Below are positions 43,011-58,143 of a DNA stretch of 64,000 nucleotides, piece by piece. Under the pieces are notes generated by a model. The model had not been told where the DNA came from. It was given only the letters and a program-made list of their open reading frames with translations, and made no database searches. The translations under genes were made by a program, and so were the position numbers. Each line of letters starts with the position of its first letter. Positions within the stretch are counted from its first letter, which is position 1. The DNA lies in assembly GCF_009914755.1 (NCBI RefSeq), contig NC_060925.1; one strand, 5' to 3'. This DNA is from the human T2T-CHM13v2.0 reference genome, Homo sapiens.

Positions 43011-46000
43011 AAACCTGCTAACACAACATCAGGCAGAAGAAGGATTAATTTCATGGGACTGAACAAACTGATGAAGAAGAATTATGGTTTTTCATGGTCT
43101 TTGCATTTGAAACATTGCTGATTCTTTGATGTTTTGTTTTTCAGATTTAAGGGAGCCTTTTTCTTCTCTCTTAAGCTAGCTATACATAGCAATTTGGTAA
43201 AGTTTACCTTTGTGAACAAAGTTGAAACATTCATTTTATCCCTACTGATCCCTTCAGAATTCAGAAACTATGAAAGAGCATTCTTATTTTCATGGCAATA
43301 TAGTTATTCGCATAAGTTCAATAAGAATTGGTTTTTGTTATTACAGGACACAATTGGAAGCATTGGTTATATTACCAAGGCTTTGACTGGAATGTCATGC
43401 TTGAGAATGTAAATATACTCACATGGTCCAGACAGTTTTAAAGAACGAAGATTGACTTTTCAACACCAATAAAGCACCTTGTAGCAAACTGGCTTGGTAC
43501 CTGTCTTGAAGGGTTCCCTGGTCTTATTAAAAGAAGACCTGGGAGCCTTAAAAATATTTTGAGAATCTTGAGAAGAGAGCAATTCACCAAAATTTACACA
43601 TGGCAGGCAAAGTTTGATGGTGGGTCCTTGGCTTGGCCTCTTAGCATGGAGAGGCTTTTGAAAGTCCCCTTTTAGATTCCTTACTTCAAAGTCCCAACAA
43701 AGAAGGCTTAAAAGAGCTCATATGGTCAATCATTATTCTTGCTGCGCCTAGATAAATAATCAGGCCAAGTTTACTGGAGACTGGACATATTTTGCAACCA
43801 AATTGGTCTTATTGTGATCATCTTTGGTAGAAATGAGACCAGCTGTAGAGAGAAAAATTATATTTCACCAGAAAAATAGAGTGTAGCCTTGTGGATATCA
43901 TATTCTAGCCTCACTCATTATCCTCAAGATTCTTTCATCTATAAACTCCTCTGTTCCTGAAGGCTACAAGCTATAGTTAAACAACTTGATCTAAATTCTA
44001 GAGGACAGCTCTCATGCCTATTGATGCATGCATGGACCATTCAGGGAATACACTGAAATGTCCAATGACATAATCAGAGACATTTAAATGACAAACCAGG
44101 AAAATACATTCTGAGTTTAAATCTAGAAATCTTCTCTACTGACTGCTCTCTGGACCCAGAGACTAAGTTGATAGCTTGTTCTACCCATTAACCTTTGTTT
44201 TTATTTTGTTCATTTTAGTTGATCTGGTTAATGGGGGCATTGGCTAAGGAGCATACTCCAGTGTCTTGGTATTATCCTCTTATAGTCCTCATTGCAATCT
44301 CCCTGGTCCTGGTGCATTGTATTCTTTCAAGGGTATTAAATGTATATCTGTAGCCATTAAAGGTATGAGAGAAGGTCTCACTGTGGTTAGGGTGACAAAA
44401 ATGGGTGAACAACAAAAGGAATATTTCTTCCAGGAGCCTGATGTTGTGACTCAGGAGTTTTGTGCTGAGAAGAAGAAAAACCAGCCATGATCATGACAGG
44501 GAGTGGTGTTTATGGCCATGTTGTGGTCAATCTATCATAACAAGAGGCTGATAGGTGAGGAATTGCTAAAATATTTTTTTAAATTGGGAGGTCATGTATA
44601 ATAATTAAAAAATATATATATAAATTGGGAGGTCATTAGGCTGGAATGGCTCCTGGGCTTTAAGTTCCCACTAAGCAAACCAAATCCCAGCATAAAACAG
44701 TGAAATGAAACTAGCGCCTTTATCAGTCAGAAACCACCAACAGAAGTTAGTTTGTGGTTGCTGACTGGTAAAGACTCTAGTCGATATTGAAATACGTTTT
44801 CTTTGCCTTCCTTCTGCATTTAGCCCATAAACTTGCTGTCCAAGCTGCTGCAGCAGTCTTCTGAACTGCTTCTGGTTCTGAGTGCTGCCCAACTCATGAG
44901 TTGTTCTTTGGACAAATAAACTCTGTTAAATTTATTTTGTCTAAAGTTTTTCTTTTAACAGCTCTAAGCCTTGTCCTCTTTTCCCATGACAACCCTTCAC
45001 ATGTTTGAATATAGCTCTTCAGTTTCTCCCTAGGCCTTCCATTCTTCTACTGCAAACATTGTCAGCAGCTTTGAATTTTCCTCATATGCCGTGATTTCTA
45101 AAACTTTCATCAGTTCCCTTTCCTTTTCTGCTGTGGCAGGCAGAATAGAATGGAGATCTGTAGACATGACCCCACCATGGCATATTCAGTAGAGCTCCCA
45201 TCTTTCCTGCTCCCAACACTGCCTTTCTCTTTCAGCACTGCCTAAGACTGCTTTGTCATTTTTGGCAGCCACATTGGGTTACTAAAATGCCTGGGGCTTC
45301 CCACATGAACTGCTATTAAGCCAAGTTTCAACATCCTGTATTTGTATGGTTAACTTAAAAAAATATATATTTCCAGGACTTTAGTCTTAACTCATAATAT
45401 AAGCCCGTTAAATTACTTTTGAATGACTTCTGCCATGTAACGCATTACCAAACCTTTCAAGCCTATATCTTCTAAAATTTGATAAGCATGTGTCAGAGTC
45501 TTCACATTGACAGAAATATTCCACAGACACAGATGAGCACTGAGAGCTGTAACTACCAAAAATCCTAGAAAAGAGGGATAACTTCCACATTAACTCTTAG
45601 TTAACTAGAAAATTGAATTAATCAGGCTGCCCAGTCCCCGATCCTTCTAATTAACTAAAGTTCACAGCATTATCATTATTAAAAGTGTGAAGAAGTCTTG
45701 TATGAATGTCCCCACTTTGGGCATACGTAATACATAGCAGGTGCTATTAGAGGTTCAAGCTTGCAGAGGAATCACAAACAGCCATCAGACGTAACTTTAG
45801 TTAAATAAGCTGAAGCTATTTTTCCTAAGTGTTTATTTCTAGTTGGTTCACAGGGTCCTCTCCATCCCTACTTACGGGAGGCCATTCACATCACTTTGAT
45901 GGTTTGCATAACCTGGAGATTTCAGAGCTTGGATATTAAAACCTCTTTTTCTCCTTCAAGTCTTGGTTTTAGTCCTCAGAGCTCTCTGCAGGGGAATGAG

Positions 46001-46356
46001 GACCCCAGAGAAAGTCACATTGCTTACATTTTCCTGCTTCCCCCTCTGTCTCTCCATTTATTCCTTAGGGGAGAATATCGTATTGGGGGAGGAGCGCAGG
46101 AAAAGTCACCCAAAAGCCATGGGAAAGGTTGTGGAAATGGGGAGTGCTGGTCCCACCCCTTTCGTCCTGGTGATGGGGTGGGACGGCAGGCGCCAGCCTC
46201 CGTTTTTCTGCCCGTGGGTATGTGTGGTTGACCTCCTTAAATCAGAGCCAAGCGCGTGACCCAGAACTCTGCACAATCACCCACGCCCACGGCAAAGCAG
46301 ATGAGGCTCTAGAGCTTGCAAGTCTTTATCTAGGGAACTGCGTCATCCTCCTCGGT

Positions 46357-46375
46357 CGGACACCAGGTGGCAGCA
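46357..46375 (+). promoter_or_regulatory. Candidate CTCF site CGGACACCAGGTGGCAGCA
   Basis: matches CCASYAGRKGGCRSY with one mismatch; lies in a non-repeat, relatively CpG-rich patch. Confidence 0.55.
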
Positions 46376-46663
46376 AAGCTCCAACTCATCAGTCACCCCA
46401 CCCTCCGTCCAGGCCGTCTTCTGACGCAGAACTTAAAAAAGATACTGCAGATTTTCCTTCTAAGGAAGGAGCTACCCATACAAAACTAGCAGCTTTAGAG
46501 AGAGCCATAGCTAAAACTGAAACGTCGTCAGGATAAAAGCTGCCTTCTGAGTAGGACAGGCAAAACACCAAAAACAAAGTTCAAAACCAAATAATCATTT
46601 ACGAAGCTTCTTGAGGAGGGTATAATGCAATTTTGGTCCTGGTGCAAAGAAATAAATTTGGTT

Positions 46664-48093
46664 CTGTAAGCAAAAAAATAAATTTTGGTATATAAATGTA
46701 GGGGATTCATTATTAACTGAATCTTATTCTTTAGTCGAAGAAGGTTTCCTGAAGAAGGAGGGGTGTCAGGCAATTTTTTAAATACCAGAAAGCTGAGCCT
46801 AAGATGCACTTATGAGGGTTAAGTGGTCCATTGAAATAAATATATTTGCTTACAGTATAAAGGATTTTATACTGCAGTTTTGGTAGAGTTGTCTGACCTG
46901 ACACCTCGATATTAGAGGTGTATGAAAAGAGACAAAGCTTGTGGTTTTCTGAGGCCCCCCTGCTACCTGCTTGGCAGTGAAAATGTGAAGGTTTCATAAT
47001 AAGTTGTTGGCTCTGGAGGAGATGGTTCTACATGTTTTACTGGTGTCCAAGGTCTACCGATGACTCTAGGGCCTGCAGTACTAATGAGCATCTCGTAGAC
47101 AGTATATGGACCTCAGGCAGATGTTAAGATAGGGCCAGCCGAGGAGCTTTCTAATTGAGGAGGATTTACTCAGAAGGAAGAGTCCATCTGTGTTCTTTGA
47201 GCGTTTTGGAGAGTGGATGATCGAGCCCACTGTGTAACACAGCCCTGTTGTATTGCTGCCTCCTAGAGGAAGGACAAGGACAAGTGGGGGACAGAGGAGG
47301 CAGTGAAAACAGGAGTGGATCATTAGGGCCCAGAACACCTGAGTCCTGTCTCTCTAGGAAAAGCCAAGGTATCATGAGACCTCTGGTTGTTAGAATGTCG
47401 TAAGCCCACCCCACCATCCCTGCTCCCCACTCCCTCTCACATGCACTGCTGCTTCAAAAGGATTTTTTTTTGAGTGCTGCCAAAGTCCTTTAAGAAGCCA
47501 ATCTATTTCATCTGAGACTGTTACGCTTGCAAAAGTGATCTTGCTGAAGATGAGCTTTTCAGCTTGCTTGTTAGCTACTTAGGTAGCTCTAGAGACCCCC
47601 AGGAGATGATACAAAAGGCCAAGGAGAGGAAGCCAGAATCAGAGCAAGCGTGAGAGCCCCCATGAGATACGTTGTCTTTTTCTGTCTGTCATCTAAGCAG
47701 CCCTGAATTCCAAGGGTAGTAGAGATTTGTAAGTATGTAGAGGATAAGAATCCTGATTTTGCCATCTGTGGGCTCTGAGTTGACATCCTCACGTTTCAGG
47801 GTCTTCATGTGACTCACAGTGAAACAGGGAACTTGGTCTATGTACTCAATGTCTTCTCATACCCCTCTTCTTCTCTTAGTAGCCTGGGTGATGGAATGAG
47901 ACACATCTACTTGCTGTCCTGGGTCAATGGACTACTTACCCCTCATAAGTGCTTCTTAGGCTCAACTTTCTGGTATTTAAAAATTGCCTGACATCCCTCC
48001 TTCTTCAGGAAACCTTCTTTGACTAAAGAGTAAGATTCAGTTAATAATGAATCCCCTACATTTACGCACCAAAATTTATTTCTTTGCTTACAG
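46664..48093. repeat. Inverted repeat pair of ~170 bp (46664-46834 and 47924-48093), spacer ~1.09 kb
   Basis: hand alignment gives 12 differences in ~171 columns. Confidence 0.95.
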
Positions 48094-48664
48094 TATAAAT
48101 GATTTCCTGGTAAATCTGTGTGTTTATGCTAGGTTTGCTCATAGTTTGCATTTTCTCTATGCTTCCAAGTTTGCTGTGCTGTGTCCTAGATTTCTGTTTG
48201 CCAGAGGGCATGCAAATGAGGAGGTTGCCAGGATGAATGTTAAGTAAATCGATGTATAAAACATAATGTCCAAAAATATGGGCATGGTGCTTTATAGCTT
48301 ACAGATATTTCACATATTTTACCGAATTTGACCTTTGCCCTATCACTGTTAGCCAAGATGATTATGCTCATGCTATAGATAGGAAACCGAGGCTGAGAAG
48401 TTAAGTAAGGGCACTGTCTTAGGGCAATCAGTTGGGAAGTGGCAGGAAGGTTTTTGTTACTGAAGTCCATGCTGTACTTGGGTATCTTAAACTGTTCCCA
48501 GTTTAACATAGTTAGGTGCTGGACACACATACCTGATGATAAGGGATGGAGTTGTTGTGACCTGAGTTAAGACAGATAAAAAACAAAATGAAAAGGTGCT
48601 GTATGTGGGTTAATTTGCCATAATGTTTTCCCTCTGTCTCACTGTCTCCTCTGTTTCCTGATTT

Positions 48665-48832
48665 CTTTTTTTAAGTGACAGAGTCTTGCCACCTTGCCCA
48701 GTCTGGAGTGAAGTGGCTATTCACAGGCATGATCACAGCACACTACAGCCTTAAAATCCTGGGCCCAAGGGACCCTCTTGCTTTAGCCTTCTGAGTAGCT
48801 GAGATTATAGGCTTGCACCTCTATGCCCAGCT
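48665..48832 (-). mobile_element. Alu right monomer (FRAM/AluJ like)
   Basis: diverged single arm. Confidence 0.7.
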
Positions 48833-48910
48833 TCTCTCTTGATTTTTAAAGGTAGTTTTATTCATTTTTTTCCCTGAGTATCAGTGTGGTTACTGTAGAA
48901 AAAGTAGAAC

Positions 48911-49195
48911 TTTCTTTTTTTATTGAGACGGAGTCTAGCTCTGTCACCAGGCTGGAGTGCAATCTCGGCTCACTGCAACCTCCGCTTCCCGGGTTCAAGC
49001 GATTCTCCTGCCTCAGCCTCCTGAGTAGCTGGGATTACAGGCACACGCCACCATGCCCAGCTAATGTTTGTATTTTTAGTAGAGACAGGGTTTCACCATG
49101 TTGGCCAGGGTGGTCTCAATCTCCTGACATAGTGATCTGCCCACCTCAGCCTCCCAAAGTGCTGAGATTACAGGAGTGAGCCACTGCGCCAGGCC
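48911..49195 (-). mobile_element. AluS
   Basis: dimer, reverse orientation. Confidence 0.88.
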
Positions 49196-49934
49196 AGAAT
49201 TTTCTTTATGAAAAGCCAGACAAATGCTCTCCAAATTCAAAGTAACCATGAAAGTGATGGTCAAAACTGGAAAAAAGAGAGAACTTGAGCCCAAATCAAT
49301 GCTGTTTTTTTTTTTTTTTTTTTTTTTTTTATTCTTGAGGCTCTGAGCAGCTGGCCCCAAATAGCCAGATGCTGCTAAGGATCAAGGTCTTGCTTCCACT
49401 GCAGGTTTTTCTTGTTCTTGACTTTGTGGTAAAACAGAATGGGTGAGTGGAAAAGGCTCCATCATCTTGGGAGCTTGGCAGACCTAATTTGAAACATTGT
49501 CTCTGCATATCTGAGCTGAGATACTTGACAAAATTTTTAAAGCTTATTGAGCCTTAACTACCTCATGTGTAGGATGAGGCCCCATAATCCTTAGTTTGCA
49601 GTGCGGTTTTGAGATTAAGGCAGATAATACTTGTCAAATGCCTGGCACTTTGCAGGTAGCAGCTTTAAAACAGAAACAAGTGAACCTAAGCTCCTGTCTG
49701 ATATCAAAGTAGTTGCTAGGATATTGTACAATTTCTTGGGCCTGAGACATTAAGTCAACTGACAAGTTTCAAGAAGGAAGAAATCTAGGTTGGGCATTGC
49801 TGTCTAAGTGTGATGCTTACAAGGTTGCCCACAAAGGCAGCCCTTTCTCTTGGATAGGGATCTGCTCTGGGCAATTTAACCTTCCAGGAGTCATGCAAAA
49901 TGATTTTAAAATGACCATTTAAATTTTATCCCAA

Positions 49935-50750
49935 AGAGGTACAGCCATTATGGAAAATAGTATGGAAGTTCTTCAGAAAACCAAAAACAGAACTACCATA
50001 TGATCCAGCCATCCCACTTCTGTGTACCTATCCAAAGGAACTGAAATCAGAATCCTGGAGAGATATTTGCACTCCCATGTTCACTGTGTTAATAGCATAA
50101 CTTACATCCACCAAGATATGAATACTGCTTAAATGTCCACCAGTGGATGAATAGATAAAGAAAGTTTGGTATATACATAAGATGGAATATCAGTCAGCCT
50201 TAAAATAGAAGGAAACCTTGCCATATGCAACAACATGGATGGACCTGGAGGGCATTATGCTAAGTCAAATAAGACAGACACAGAAAGACAAATACTGTAC
50301 GGACTCACTTATATGTGGAACCTACAATAGCCAAACTCATAGAAGCAGAGAGTAGAATGGTGGTTGCCAGGAGCTCAGGGGAAGGGGAAATGAGGAGGTG
50401 ATGGTTGAAGGGTATAAGGTTTCAGTTATGCAAGATAAATAAGTTCTGGAGATGTACTACACAGTGTAGTGCCTATGGCTAACAATATTGTCTTCTATAC
50501 ATAAAATTTGCTAAGAGGATAGATGTTGTTAAGTGTTCTTGCCAAGCAAGAAATAATCACAACAGTAATGATATTAAAAGGGGCAGATGAAACTTAGAGA
50601 AGTGATGGATATGTTTATGGTCCTGATGGTGATGATGGTTTCATGGGTGTATGCTTATCTTCAGACTCATTGAGATGTATACATTGAATATATGCAGCTT
50701 TTTACATGCCAATCATACTGCAATAAAGTGGTTGAAAAAAATAAAAATAA
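49935..50750 (+). mobile_element. L1MA/MB 3' fragment
   Basis: ORF2-end sequence (gaactaccatatgatccagccatcccacttctg) followed by 3' UTR and aataaa/A tail. Confidence 0.8.
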
Positions 50751-51940
50751 AAATGAGAAATTCATGGAAAAAAATTTATCCTAAAGAATTTTACCATCTT
50801 TTGCCTTTATGGATGGTATATTTTTCTTTCTGTAAAAAGCACTTCTGAAGTGTCAAAGAAAATACAACACTATTCAAGAAAATCTAATAAACTTAAAAAA
50901 TTGCTTTCACTTCTCTCACTTCGCAAAATTATTTTTTGTGCTCCAGTTTTTTTTTATTGTTTTTTGGTTTTTTTATATCTTCTTTGTTTAAAAAATAAAT
51001 TTATGCTTTTATTGTAGATGCAGGGGATAAATGTGCAGGTTTGTTACATGGTATATTGCACCCAGGTAGTGAGCATAGTATCCAATAGGTAGTTTTTCAA
51101 TCCATGTTGTCCTTCCTCCCTCCTCTAGTTGTCTACAGTGTGTAGTGTTCCCATGTTTATGTCCATGTGTGCTCAGTATTTAGCTCCCACTTATAAGTGA
51201 GAACATGCAATATTTGGTTTTCTATTCTGATGTTAATTCACTTAGGATTATGGCCTCCAGCTCCATCCATTTTGCTGCAAAGAACATAGTTTCATTCTTT
51301 TTCACGGTTGCATAGTATTTCATGGTGTATGTGTACCACATTTTCTTTATCCAACTCACCAATGATGGGTAGCTAGGTTAATTCCATGACTTTACTATTG
51401 TGAATAGCATGGTGATAAACAGGTAAGTGCATGTGTCTTTTTGGTATAAGGATCTATTTTTCTCTGGGTATATACCCAGTAATGGGATTGCTGGCATACA
51501 TGGTAGCTATGTTTTTAAGTTATTTGAGAAATCTCTAAACAGCTTTCTACAGTGGCTGAACTAATTTACATTCCTATCAACAGTGTATAAGCATTCCCTT
51601 TTATCTGAAGCCTTGCGAGCATCTGTTGTTTTTTGACTTTTTAATAATAGCTATTCTGACTGGTGTGAGATGGTATCTAACTGTGGTTTTGACTTATATT
51701 TCTTTTATGCTTAGTGATGATGAGCATTTTTTCAGTTTGACACTTGTATGTCTTCTTTTGAGAAGTTTCTGTTCATGTCTTTTGCCTATTTTTTAATGGA
51801 GTTATTTGTTTTTGCCTGTTGATTTAAGTTTTTTTTTTTTTTTAATAGATTCTGGATATGAGACCTTTGTTGTATGCAGAGTTTTTGAATATTTTCTCCC
51901 ATTCTGTAGGTTGTCTGTTTACTCTGTTGATAGTTTCTTT

Positions 51941-52138
51941 TTGCTTTTTTTTTTTGTGTGGCGGCAAGATTTATTAAAGCGAAAGCGAAAGTAAAACGAA
52001 AGAGAAAGTAAAGCTTCCACACGGTGGAAGGGGACCTGGAAGGGTTGCCGTTTCTGGCTTGGGTGTCTTATGCTTATATTCCCTTATGACTCTTCCCCTT
52101 TTCCTTTTTCTGTCCTATAGGATTAGCTTATTTTCTAG
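51941..52138 (-). pseudogene. Poly(A)-tailed retrocopy of an ERV1 LTR (U3-R) transcript end, LTR12/LTR9 like
   Basis: 18-bp TSD tctgttgatagtttcttt (51923-51940 / 52139-52156); reverse AATAAA at 51970-51975, 14 nt from the A tail at 51941-51955. Confidence 0.8.
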
Positions 52139-52572
52139 TCTGTTGATAGTTTCTTTCGCTGTGCAGAAGCGCTTTAGTTTAACTAGGTACCATTTGTCAA
52201 TTTTCTTTTGTTCTTGCAATTGCCCTTGGGGACTTAGCCAAAAATTCTTTGCCAAGGCTGATGTTGAGAAGAGCACTTCCTAGGTTTTCTTCTAGAATTT
52301 TTATAGTTTGATGTCTTACATTTAAATCTGTAATCCATCTTGAGTTAATTATTATTATTATTTTTTTATTATACTTTAAGTTTTAGGGTACATGTGCACA
52401 TTGTGCAGGTTAGTTACATATGTATACATGTGCCATGCTGGTGCGCTGCACCCACTAACTCGTCATCTAGCATTAGGTATATCTCCCAATGCTATCCCTC
52501 CCCCCTCCCCCCACCCCACAACAGTACCCAGAGTGTGATATTCCCCTTCCTGTGTCCATGTGATCTCATTGT

Positions 52573-56427
<3,855 letters not shown>

Positions 56428-56463
56428 TTAGTTGATGCAGTTTCTTCCTAGTCTCGATGGTCT

Positions 56464-57479
56464 TTACATTTTGGCATGATTTTGCAGCGGCTGGTACCGG
56501 TTGTTCCTTTCCATGTTTAGTGCTTCCTTCAGGAGCTCTTTTAGGGCAGGCCTGGTGGTGACAAAATCTCTCAGCATTTGCTTGTCTGTAAAGTATTTTA
56601 TTTCTCCTTCACTTATGAAGCTTAGTTTGGCTGGATATGAAATTCTGGTTGAAAATTCTTTTCTTTAAGAATGGTGAATATTGGCCCCCACTCTCTTCTG
56701 GCTTGTAGGGTTTCTGCCGAGAGATCCGCTGTTAGTCTGATGGGCTTCCCTTTGAGGGTAACCCGACCTTTCTCTCTGGCTGCCCTTAACATTTTTTCCT
56801 TCATTTCAACTTTGGTGAATCTGACCATTATGTGTCTTGGAGTTGCTCTTCTCGAGGAGTATCTTTGTGGCATTCTCTGTATTTCCTGAATCTGAACGTT
56901 GGCCTGCCTTGCTAGATTGGGGAAGTTCTCCTGGATAATATCCTGCAGAGTGTTTTCCAACTTGGTTCCATTCTCCCCATCACTTTCAGGTACACCAATC
57001 AGATGTAGATTTGGTCTTTTCACATAGTCCCATATTTCTTGGAGGCTTTGCTCATTTCTTTTTATTCTTTTTTCTCTAAACTTCCCTTCTCGCTTCATTT
57101 CATTCATTTCATCTTCCATAGCTGATATTCTTTCTTCCAGTTGATCGCATCGGCTCCTGAGGCTTCTGCATTCTTCACGTAGTTCTCGAGCCTTGGTTTT
57201 CAGCTCCATCAGCTCCTTTAAGCACTTCTCTGTATTGGTTATTCTAGTTATACATTCTTCTAAATTTTTTTCAAAGTTTTCAACTTCTTTGCCTTTAGTT
57301 TGAATGTCCTCCCGTAGCTCAGAGTAATTTGATCGTCTGAAGCCTTCTTCTCTCAGCTCGTCAAAGTCATTCTCCATCCAGCTTTGTTCCGTTGCTGGTG
57401 AGGAACTGCGTTCCTTTGGAGGAGGAGAGGCGCTCTGCTTTTTAGAGTTTCCAGTTTTTCTGTTCTGTTTTTTCCCCAT
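56464..57479 (-). pseudogene. L1 ORF1p, frameshifted by a 1-bp deletion near 56647
   Basis: MGKKQNRKTGNSK...; span is 1016 nt instead of 1017; reading frame leaves the consensus after KEKNFQP. Confidence 0.92.
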
Positions 57480-57927
57480 CTTTGTGGTTTTATCTACTTT
57501 TGGTCTTTGATGATGGTGATGTACAGATGGGTTTTTGGTGTGGATGTCCTTTCTGTTTGTTAGTTTTCCTTCTAACAGACAGGACCCTCAGCTGCAGGTC
57601 TGTTGGAGTACCCTGCCGTGTGAGGTGTCAGTGTGCCCCTGCTGGGGGATGCCTCCCAGTTAGGCTGCTCGGGGGTCAGGGACCCACTTGAGGAGGCAGT
57701 CTGCCCGTTCTCAGATCTCCAGCTGCATGCTGGGAGAACCACTGCTCTCTTCAAAGCTGTCAGACAGGGACGTTTAAGTCTGCAGAGGTTACTGCTGTCT
57801 TTTTGTTTGTCTGTGCCCTGCCCCCAGAGGTGGAGCCTACAGAGGCAGGCAGGCCTCCTTGAGCTGTGGTGGGCTCCACCCAGTTGGAGCTTCCCAGCTG
57901 CTTTGTTTACCTAAGCAAGCCTGGGCA

Positions 57928-58143
57928 ATGGCGGGCGCCCCTGCCCCAGCCTCGCTGCCGCCTTGCAGTTTGATCTCAGACCGCTGTGCTAGCAATCAGC
58001 GAGACTCCGTGGGGGTAGGACCCTCCAAGCCAGGTGCGGGATATAATCTTGTGGTGCGCCGTTTTTTAAGCCGGTCGGAAAAGCGCAGTATTCGGGTGGG
58101 AGTGACCCGATTTTCCAGGTGCGTCCGTCACCCCTTTCTTTGA
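57928..58143 (+). CDS. L1 ORF0 (71 aa, antisense to the L1), intact
   Basis: MAGAPAPASLPPCSLISD...RFSRCVRHPFL*; 216 nt; Kozak gcaATGg; donor-like CAG|GT at 58034 and 58119. Confidence 0.8.
   Translation: MAGAPAPASLPPCSLISDRCASNQRDSVGVGPSKPGAGYNLVVRRFLSRSEKRSIRVGVTRFSRCVRHPFL

Noticed and set aside
46664-48093. Inverted repeat read as the TIRs of a novel DNA transposon
   Set aside because: No TSD at the outer ends, no transposase-like ORF in the spacer, and the junction snippets fit template switching better; a Dfam/BLAT search is still needed to exclude it fully
49305-49330. Isolated T26 run as an orphan retroposon tail
   Set aside because: No convincing TSD or element body; treated as a simple homopolymer
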